Below are positions 33,940-40,788 of a stretch of DNA of 40,788 nt, piece after piece. A program made the position numbers and the translations under genes. Within the stretch, counting starts at the first letter, position 1; each line of letters starts with the position of its first letter. The stretch covers positions 3,646 through 44,433 of the forward strand of contig CAYFYU010000019.1 in assembly GCA_964347455.1 (NCBI GenBank), read 5' to 3'. Below the pieces are notes generated by a model that worked only from the letters and a program-made list of their open reading frames with translations, was not told where the DNA came from and made no database searches. This stretch comes from an uncultured Spirochaetota bacterium (GTDB lineage Bacteria; Spirochaetota; B62-G9; DRHN01).

Positions 33940-35448
33940 TTATTCTTTAAGGTAAACTTCTTTACCAGGTTTACTGTATATCAATCTATAATGCTCCCTT
34001 ATATAATTATAGTACTCTTCCAGCAATACAAGTTTCTGTGCCCAGAAAATAACGAGTTTCGCATCTTTTGTGTTTGAAATTACGAAACTGTCTAGCAGAT
34101 TCCCCGTTTTGATTCTTTTTGCAGAGGTGTCCACAAGTTCCGGGAGTGTCAATCGATTAGTCAGAAATGTTGCCATTTGAACGTCCGAAACAATGAGATC
34201 CTCCATTGTCGTATGATTTGTAACTATATCGACGAGTTCTTTTTCCTCAGGCGTGTATCCCCCAAAAACGTAATTTTTCATATATCGTGTGCTGTTATAG
34301 ATGTTTTGCATTGGAATAAGGATCACGGAAATTGCTATTATTATACGAACGAAAAGGTGCTTCAGCTGTTTTCTAACGGGAACAGTTCCAATTTGTGATT
34401 TTTCACTTATATCGAGCAATGATCGATTTAAACGTGCTGCTGATATTATCGAAAAAACTGGTATTAGGGATAGAAGATGATTTGCCCACAACCAGCTTGA
34501 CATTAAAATGTGAAACATTAATTGTGTGGTAATCCAGATTATGAAGAGTAGAAATATGGCCCTTTTATCAGTGTACAATCGGATTAATCCTAATACAGTT
34601 AATAGAAATAAACCGATTTCCTTGGTAAGGTATACTTCCCCAATTCGACTTCCAATTTTATACAGAGAGATATTAAAAAGCTGTTGAGTACCAAGTCCGA
34701 ACACCTGTGACTTTAGGGAAGGCAAATCGTAATGAATAAAGATAACTATGCTTGTTGCCATTAATACGATTAAATAGAAAAGAAACGCTCTGATAATAGA
34801 GGCGAATTTGAATTCATCAAGAACGATCTTATTTTTCGTGATAGGCGGCGCTGAAAATAGAAACAATACAGGGAAGATTAAAAAAGGCTGTGTGAGTTTG
34901 AAACCATTCATTAAGGTGAAAGCACAGGCTGAAACAATTACCCATTTTAGCTGTCGTGTTTTGTTATATCTTATTGCGGCATATATAGTACATAAGGCCA
35001 GTGCAACAGAGGGAATGATTGTCGGATGCTCTCTCATCCATCTCATAAAATAGTAATTCAATCCCAGAATGATCAACGATAACAATGCTGAGCTCCGATC
35101 GAACAATTCATTGGCTACAAAAAAGGTTCCAAGTACGATTAACAATCCGAAAGTTATCGAAACAGAGCGCATGAGAACAACAGAGTTTCCGAATAGGTTG
35201 ATCAATAAACTGAGTAACTCTATAAGCAGAGGCGGTTGTGAGAGAAATAGTGCAGAATAGAGCCGTTGGCCATGTGCGTGTTGCAATGCTGTTTGATAAT
35301 AGACACCTTCATCGTAATCGAAGCTGAAGGTGCTTTTAATCCCGATTATTTCAAAAAAGAGAAGGTACACGCAGGTTGCTATTAAAATGATAATTATATG
35401 TTTATTGAAGGTGTGAATATTTCGTTCGTTCTTTTCTGCAGTGACCAT
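33940..35448 (-). CDS. GT-C fold membrane glycosyltransferase (family 39 / ArnT-PMT_2-like)
   Basis: 502 aa, polytopic. The first-loop acidic motif FDYDEGVYYQ and SQPPL are typical of lipid-carrier-dependent GT-C enzymes. Confidence 0.75.
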   Translation of the reverse strand: MVTAEKNERNIHTFNKHIIIILIATCVYLLFFEIIGIKSTFSFDYDEGVYYQTALQHAHGQRLYSALFLSQPPLLIELLSLLINLFGNSVVLMRSVSITFGLLIVLGTFFVANELFDRSSALLSLIILGLNYYFMRWMREHPTIIPSVALALCTIYAAIRYNKTRQLKWVIVSACAFTLMNGFKLTQPFLIFPVLFLFSAPPITKNKIVLDEFKFASIIRAFLFYLIVLMATSIVIFIHYDLPSLKSQVFGLGTQQLFNISLYKIGSRIGEVYLTKEIGLFLLTVLGLIRLYTDKRAIFLLFIIWITTQLMFHILMSSWLWANHLLSLIPVFSIISAARLNRSLLDISEKSQIGTVPVRKQLKHLFVRIIIAISVILIPMQNIYNSTRYMKNYVFGGYTPEEKELVDIVTNHTTMEDLIVSDVQMATFLTNRLTLPELVDTSAKRIKTGNLLDSFVISNTKDAKLVIFWAQKLVLLEEYYNYIREHYRLIYSKPGKEVYLKE

Positions 35449-36564
35449 TTAGATTTTATTGAGTTCAAGATACTTGTAAAGCTTGGCCGCATTCCGGCTT
35501 GAGGCCTTTCCATCGATAGTACCAAAAGTGTATGTCATCATTTTTTCTCTTTTACCTTTGTACCTGTCGGGTACCCTAAAAGTTCTTTCGAGGCTATCGA
35601 TGAGCTGATATTGATCGGTTACTACTTCACCCAATTCCCAAAATTTGTAATATGGATTGTTTTTCCAATCGATGTCATGGGAGTTGTAGAATATTATCGG
35701 TTTATTGAAGTACAGCCATTCGTATACGCTGCTGCTGACATCTCCCAGGTATAGATCCGCAATCTTCATATAATCGAAATTTATCTTATGGATACTCGAC
35801 CAGTCCTTGTGCAGTCTCACTGACCTCGGATATCTCTTTTTAATCCGATCAAATAAAAACCAGGTGTTTACAAGTGGGTGGGGTGAGAGAATTACGTTGT
35901 ATTTTTTAGTTTGGACAATCGTTGACACTATCTTCTCACTGTCCTTGTAGAAGGAGGACAACTTTTTATCATAATGAGGATTGTAAAATATCACTGGAAG
36001 ATCGTTGTTGAAAATATATAGGGGAGGGTTTTCCTTATTGTAGAATAGATAGTCAAATTTTGAATAATCAACCAGGAGATAATCCTTTAATTTTTCAAGG
36101 ATGTTGAGTTCCTTAAACTGGTCATACATCTTTTTGCTTGGAATGAAAACGAGGTCGAAATCATAAAGATCTTTTTTGAAAGTATATTCCCTATCGCCAG
36201 TACCATGCCTGGTAAATACGACGAAGCGATTCCTCAGACCAAATTTTTCAAGAACACGAGGAACTTCATAGGAGCCCGACAGTATAACGTCTGACCCGCG
36301 AATTATTTTTTTATTGTACCTAATTATGTTCGAATATGTCTGATTGAGGCGTACGGGTAGTTTAAATCTATTATATAGATAGGTGACATCGGCTTTCTGA
36401 TTTTTTAATTCGTGTTTAATAATCCGGTGCAGTTCCTCACTGGAGTTGAGAATACAAATCTCATATTTATCCTGAATTTTTGACAGTTCAATTGCGATAT
36501 AGAGTGAGTGAAAAATATGATGTAAACCCTGCCGGTAAAAAAAGGTTATCCTCTTGTTACTCAT
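35449..36564 (-). CDS. Divergent TagB/TagF-type phosphotransferase-family protein, subfamily B (B2)
   Basis: 371 aa. By my count, 32 of 50 aligned N-terminal residues are identical to B1. It has TRHGTGD, IFYNPHY, ILSPHPL and ADLYLGDVSSSVYEWLYFNKPIIFYN. Confidence 0.7.
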   Translation of the reverse strand: MSNKRITFFYRQGLHHIFHSLYIAIELSKIQDKYEICILNSSEELHRIIKHELKNQKADVTYLYNRFKLPVRLNQTYSNIIRYNKKIIRGSDVILSGSYEVPRVLEKFGLRNRFVVFTRHGTGDREYTFKKDLYDFDLVFIPSKKMYDQFKELNILEKLKDYLLVDYSKFDYLFYNKENPPLYIFNNDLPVIFYNPHYDKKLSSFYKDSEKIVSTIVQTKKYNVILSPHPLVNTWFLFDRIKKRYPRSVRLHKDWSSIHKINFDYMKIADLYLGDVSSSVYEWLYFNKPIIFYNSHDIDWKNNPYYKFWELGEVVTDQYQLIDSLERTFRVPDRYKGKREKMMTYTFGTIDGKASSRNAAKLYKYLELNKI

Positions 36565-36603
36565 TTCGATGTTGTCCTGATAGCGCTTCAGAGCATAATA
36601 AAT

Positions 36604-37641
36604 TTACAACAGGTTTAATATAGCCTCTTTAGCCCGGCTTGCTGCATAACCGTCGGGTTTATAAAAGGTTTTTTGAAGATGAGAGATAATCCGATCCATA
36701 TATTCTTCTGGGTTCTTGAGTGTTTGCAAAATCGCCACCCAGAGCCTGTCAGGATTAGTAACGACTTTTCCACATTCCCATAGTGTCGTTTTTTGTTTAC
36801 TCCAGAACCATTTCGGCTTATTACTCAGAAAAATAAACGGTCTCTTAAATGCGAGATATTCCCTCGTTACTGCTGAAACATCGCTTAACAGTACATCGGA
36901 GGCCGCCATAACGGGGACAATGTCCGGTGATTTGTCGATTAAGAGAGTATCTTTATGTGGTTGGAGCTGCTTCCGCATCTCCTCAACCTCATTTTTTCTG
37001 TATCGTATCAGATTCGGATGCAATTTCACAATAAGATTGATATTGTCGGGCTTGTCCGTTATGAGTGTGCTATGAAATTTCTTCCAAGACGAATTAGACG
37101 CCCGGTCCACCCAGGTTGGCGCATAGAGAACGGTTTTCTTATTTGGGTTCATCCTCAGTTTGGCCAGTTCATCGTTTCTTGAGAGTTCGCCTCTGAACAC
37201 CCTGTCAAGCTTGGGATAACCGATTATTACTCCATTGTTTTTTTTCAACAAACCTTTCTTTCTATATCTTTCAAGAGCATGTTCTCCGGGTATGAAAAAT
37301 AGGTCGTATTCAAGAACGTCCCTCCTGTAATCGTATACCTTATCGGATGTGCCATGAAAAACCTGTACGTGCCTAACACCCTCAAGGTCCTTGAAATGTC
37401 TAATGTGATAGTCAGGATATATGATGACCCTCACCCCTGAAGTTTTCATTTGATTTCTAATGTCAGCTATTGTTTTGTAATATACAAATTTCAAGTTTGG
37501 ATGATACTTGTTGAGATTATTAAATGTCAAAGCAGAGTCTGTGTATATAGTTCCACCTGTCTCAGAGGCAATGCAGGATATACTGGGAATTTCCTGGATT
37601 GAATAATCTATGTAATAGGCGATTTTATTTTGGATGTTCAT
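36604..37641 (-). CDS. TagB/TagF-type glycerophosphotransferase-family protein, subfamily C (C3)
   Basis: I chose ATG 37641 by alignment to C1/C2 N-termini; alternatives are 37656 and 37662. It has VQVFHGTSDK, LYAPTWVD, VKLHPN and SDVLLSDVSAVTREYLAFKRPFIFL. Confidence 0.8.
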   Translation of the reverse strand: MNIQNKIAYYIDYSIQEIPSISCIASETGGTIYTDSALTFNNLNKYHPNLKFVYYKTIADIRNQMKTSGVRVIIYPDYHIRHFKDLEGVRHVQVFHGTSDKVYDYRRDVLEYDLFFIPGEHALERYRKKGLLKKNNGVIIGYPKLDRVFRGELSRNDELAKLRMNPNKKTVLYAPTWVDRASNSSWKKFHSTLITDKPDNINLIVKLHPNLIRYRKNEVEEMRKQLQPHKDTLLIDKSPDIVPVMAASDVLLSDVSAVTREYLAFKRPFIFLSNKPKWFWSKQKTTLWECGKVVTNPDRLWVAILQTLKNPEEYMDRIISHLQKTFYKPDGYAASRAKEAILNLL

Positions 37642-38386
37642 ACATGGATTGTTCATAGGCAATAATTGCGGGGTAGACGAGCTCTTCCGCCTTTTTTAAA
37701 TCTTCCGGAAAATCGATCTCTATATTTGGAATTTGAGAAACATCGAGTGGATAAAATGGAGCCTCGTCGAGGATGTCCTCTACTGCCTTCTCAAAAAAGA
37801 GGTTTTTATCACCTCTTTTGATGTAATAGTTAAGAGCATCGATAAAGTGGCCCGTTATTTCCTTGCCGAATTTGGCAACACCGATAAACTCACCCTTAGC
37901 TTCATCAAGTGTAATATCTTTACCGAGCTTTATTATACGGTTATCTGAATTGCTTGTGAACTTGACCTCCTCATCACCGCAGGTAATATGGTTGACGGCA
38001 AGTACATTTTGACCTTTATGCTGGATGAGAAATTTGACAATGTCGCTATGCATAAATACATCGGCGTTAAAATATATGAAATCCTGATCTCTGAACTCGT
38101 TGCGGGTAAGAAAGAGGGAGTATATTGTGTTGGTCGTATTAAATTCAGGGTTTTCAACATAGGTTATCTTGACCTTATCCCTATAGAGAGGTCCGATAAA
38201 ATCACGGATCTTTTTTTTCAAATAACCGATTACAATTATGGCCTTTGCGATTCCAACCGCGAGCACCGCATCAAGCTGATGCTCAAGGATGGTTTTTCCA
38301 CCTATTCGAAGGAGGCATTTGGGTACGTCTTTTGTAAGAGGCATAAGCCTTCGAGATGCACCTGCTGCAAGTAATATCGCTTTCAT
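37625..38386 (-). CDS. LicC/IspD-like nucleotidyltransferase (candidate CDP-alcohol-forming cytidylyltransferase)
   Basis: Start trimmed to ATG 38386 (MKAILLAAGASRRL...VPKCLL). The C-terminal IEIDFPEDL block matches the other two LicC-like domains in the island. Confidence 0.75.
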   Translation of the reverse strand: MKAILLAAGASRRLMPLTKDVPKCLLRIGGKTILEHQLDAVLAVGIAKAIIVIGYLKKKIRDFIGPLYRDKVKITYVENPEFNTTNTIYSLFLTRNEFRDQDFIYFNADVFMHSDIVKFLIQHKGQNVLAVNHITCGDEEVKFTSNSDNRIIKLGKDITLDEAKGEFIGVAKFGKEITGHFIDALNYYIKRGDKNLFFEKAVEDILDEAPFYPLDVSQIPNIEIDFPEDLKKAEELVYPAIIAYEQSMYEHPK

Positions 38387-38432
38387 AACTTCATTCGGAT
38401 GATTAATTAAAGAATAAACAATCTTATCTTTT

Positions 38433-39377
38433 TTAAGAATGCTCCTCGGGAGGACCAAGAATTGCAGGATTAACCGGAGGAGCCATCTTTTCAAAAGGAA
38501 GGTCCTTATATGTGTCTTCCAATAACCGATCATACTCTTCTGATGGTATCTTTAACTCAAGATATCCAGCATAGAATTCTCCCTTATTTTTTGCACTGTA
38601 CGTTGCATCCTCGAAAGACATTCCGTATGGTGGCTTTCCATTCTTGAATGTTCTCAGCCGTAAATGTTTAAACCTCATATTTTTAAGGAGCGCTTTTCCC
38701 AGGTGAATAACATAGCCATCTAGAAAAAAGTCAAAATTACACGTTTTATATCCCTTTTTAAATATCGATTTTGTAAAATATAAATGGGCCCATCCCTTAT
38801 TAGAGAAATAGCTCAGATCATGTTTTTTCCATGCATCCATCCTGACGAGCATACAGCAGGCGTTGGTATAGCCATAGTGGAAAGGTTTCTTTCGTGTATA
38901 ATCGGTGATAAATTCCGGATCACTGCGTTCTTTATCCCCAATAACTTTGATACCTCTCACACCCCCTACTACTTGGCCAACAGACATAACCAATGGGTCC
39001 AAATCGAAACAGGGAAGGGAGTTTTTCAGAACATCATCCCGTAGTATTATACAATCCGAATCCAAGATAAAAACATAATCAGCAGTTACATATTTCAGAC
39101 CAATAGTGAGCGACTCACCATGTCCCTTGCTTTTAAGAAAAGATATAGGTATACCTGTCTTATATGAGGGGAGTGGCATTCCATTTCGTACGAGTGTGAT
39201 CGATCCCCTTTCATGTAAATATCTGGTATATTCTCTCAGTAATTTTTCCGGGGAATGATCATCAACGACGATAATTTGCCCAATTTCTTCATCAGGAATA
39301 TGCGATCGTATCGACTCATATAACTGTCTGAAGAGTAAGTACTGGTTTCTCACAGGTATCAGTATATCCACAGGCAT
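38433..39377 (-). CDS. Glycosyltransferase family 2 protein
   Basis: 314 aa; first gene of the 11-gene minus-strand operon. It has VDILIPVRNQ, IVVDDHSPE and ILDSDCI (DxD). Confidence 0.75.
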   Translation of the reverse strand: MPVDILIPVRNQYLLFRQLYESIRSHIPDEEIGQIIVVDDHSPEKLLREYTRYLHERGSITLVRNGMPLPSYKTGIPISFLKSKGHGESLTIGLKYVTADYVFILDSDCIILRDDVLKNSLPCFDLDPLVMSVGQVVGGVRGIKVIGDKERSDPEFITDYTRKKPFHYGYTNACCMLVRMDAWKKHDLSYFSNKGWAHLYFTKSIFKKGYKTCNFDFFLDGYVIHLGKALLKNMRFKHLRLRTFKNGKPPYGMSFEDATYSAKNKGEFYAGYLELKIPSEEYDRLLEDTYKDLPFEKMAPPVNPAILGPPEEHS

Positions 39378-39383
39378 GGCCTA

Positions 39384-39412
39384 ATAATAAAAGGGCCCTC
39401 ATAGATAGTCAA
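39384..39412 (-). promoter_or_regulatory. Near-consensus promoter abutting the operon start codon (possible leaderless transcript)
   Basis: On the minus strand: TTGACT (39407-39412), a 17-nt spacer, TATTAT (39384-39389), then only TAGGCC before the ATG at 39377. No Shine-Dalgarno sequence is present. Confidence 0.4.
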
Positions 39413-39759
39413 CCGTATTCATAGTGGATCCTATACGTTATGTGGAAATTGCTAAAAACATAATTACTTTGTCAATAATAAGTTAGAAACTGATTGTTGG
39501 GCCGGTCTTTTTTGCATAGTACAATAGAGAATTGTTCACCTGCGACTCATTATATTGCTTTTGTATAGCACATATACCATTTATGTGGTAACTTTGAATT
39601 GAAGATACCATTCGATGAACAGGGTAGGCTGCGAGAAGATAGTACGAAGATCTTGCCTTTGATGAGACCACGCCTCCTTTTGATGTTTCAATTTTTGGTG
39701 CCCACAGAGGTGGAAGAGTGAAAGATGCCGATATTTAAGAAATATAGAAGAGGATTTTA

Positions 39760-40731
39760 ATGATGAATATAGTCATCGTCGGTGCTGGTTCGTTCGGAAC
39801 CTCATTAGGCAACATCATTGCTAAAAAGAGAGATCTCAAGGTTACGGTTCTCGCACGAAGCAGTGCGGTTGTACGCTCGATCAATGATTTTCATATCAAC
39901 AACAAATACTTTCCCAACTTTTATCTGGATCCTAGTTTAGTAGCATCAAATAATAAGAAGCTATTAACAAAGGCTGACATCATTTTTCTAGCGCTACCAT
40001 CAACTCAGGTTTTAAATTATGTTGTTAAGAATAAAAATATTTTTTGCGAAAACGCTGAAGTTGTCGTTTTATCAAAAGGATTTGGAAAAGGAGACAAGAC
40101 CATTGTCCAGAGTGTTGGTGCATTGATTGAAAACCAGCTCGTTTCTTTCAAGGGACCTACCTTTGCGGCAGATCTTATTCATAATAACCCTACCGGGTTT
40201 ACCGTTGCTTGTAAGGATCAATCGTTGTTCGACCTTTTTCAAAAAATTTTTCAGGACACAAACATCTATCTTGATTTTTCCACAGACGTCTTAGGGGTTG
40301 AAATTACCAGTGCACTTAAAAACATCTATGCAATCCTCCTCGGTATCATCGACGCCTATTTCAATTCTGCTAATACGAGGTTTCTGATTCTGACGAAGGC
40401 CTTCAATGAATTGAAGAATGCCGTTACTGTTCTCGGGGGCTCAGAGGATACTCTATACAAATTCTGCGGGTTTGGTGATTTTGGACTTACCGCACTAAAT
40501 GATCTGAGCAGGAATCGAACTTTGGGGCTGTTAATGGGAAAGGGATTTCTTGATAATAATATTTCAAACAGCGTTATTTTAGAGGGAAAACGAACGCTGA
40601 ATATTACATACAATGCTGTTCGAACCCGCGGGGATTTTTATTTGATGGGGGAGCTTCATACATTATTCAACAGCAATTATAAAGTGCATGAGTTTATCAG
40701 CAATGTATTTCAAAAGATAAGGGAGGATTAA
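39760..40731 (+). CDS. gpsA: NAD(P)H-dependent glycerol-3-phosphate dehydrogenase
   Basis: 323 aa with RBS GAAGAGGA. It has IVIVGAGSFGTSLG, NNKYFPNFYL, KGPTFAADL, LKNIYAILLGI and LSRNRTLGLLMGKG. It matches the GpsA pattern but diverges from the canonical motifs. Confidence 0.85.
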   Translation: MMNIVIVGAGSFGTSLGNIIAKKRDLKVTVLARSSAVVRSINDFHINNKYFPNFYLDPSLVASNNKKLLTKADIIFLALPSTQVLNYVVKNKNIFCENAEVVVLSKGFGKGDKTIVQSVGALIENQLVSFKGPTFAADLIHNNPTGFTVACKDQSLFDLFQKIFQDTNIYLDFSTDVLGVEITSALKNIYAILLGIIDAYFNSANTRFLILTKAFNELKNAVTVLGGSEDTLYKFCGFGDFGLTALNDLSRNRTLGLLMGKGFLDNNISNSVILEGKRTLNITYNAVRTRGDFYLMGELHTLFNSNYKVHEFISNVFQKIRED

Positions 40732-40788
40732 GTTATATCCAATGCCACGATACGGCATATGCATGATTCCATCTCAACAGCCCGCCAC

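Noticed and set aside
16112-36564. Inverted TagF paralog pairs (A1/A2, B1/B2) as a possible invertible or recombinational switching system
   Set aside because: Aligning the first ~190 nt of A1 and A2 shows frequent substitutions with no long identical stretch. No recombinase gene or inverted-repeat boundary is present, so these are old duplications rather than a shufflon.
39483-39671. 62-aa minus-strand ORF in the divergent control region
   Set aside because: It has no start context or family match, and it lies upstream of the predicted operon promoter.
1-40788. Scan for CRISPR arrays, tRNA/rRNA genes, IS elements, integrases, toxin-antitoxin pairs or known defence genes
   Set aside because: I saw no regularly spaced repeats, cloverleaf-like conserved tRNA blocks, DDE/tyrosine-recombinase motifs or small paired ORFs. 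By-eye scanning cannot exclude short or degenerate elements.

Overview
AT-rich bacterial chromosomal window. The taxon cannot be assigned from the sequence alone; TTG/GTG starts are frequent and operons are tightly packed. I recognised no rRNA, tRNA, CRISPR array, transposase or integrase. All family assignments come from motif reading and recall, not from searches. There are four blocks. (1) 1-4.4 kb, housekeeping: a DUF2156 protein, an endonuclease-type MutL, a NIF3-like protein, a decayed SRPBCC gene remnant and a LysE-type exporter. (2) 4.4-11.7 kb, sulfur/persulfide handling: a TAT-exported sulfite-oxidase-family molybdoenzyme plus a URO-D-family protein. These lie divergent from an ArsR(BigR/SqrR-like)-rhodanese fusion regulator, a NifS-type cysteine desulfurase, a nucleoside-phosphorylase-fold protein, a DsrE-like protein, an SQR-like flavoprotein and a second Cys-rich ArsR. 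Perfect palindromes sit on both arsR promoters. (3) 12-14.5 kb: a CapA-like protein, a YqgE/AlgH protein with a signal peptide, and an HExxH protein. (4) 14.5-40.7 kb, running to the window edge: a ~26 kb envelope-polymer island. It holds seven TagB/TagF-type phosphotransferases in three paralog subfamilies, two tandem CDP-alcohol phosphotransferases and three LicC-type nucleotidyltransferase domains, one of them fused to PEP mutase. It also holds a complete 2-aminoethylphosphonate pathway (PepM-Ppd-PhnW), four GT2 enzymes, a GtrA / polyprenol-P GT / GT-C trio, an MsbA-type exporter, an embedded AmmeMemoRadiSam A/B pair and a divergent GpsA. This island is the best candidate for an undescribed system: a phosphonate-decorated, teichoic-acid-like phosphodiester glycopolymer built without the canonical TagO/TagD/TagGH/LCP parts.
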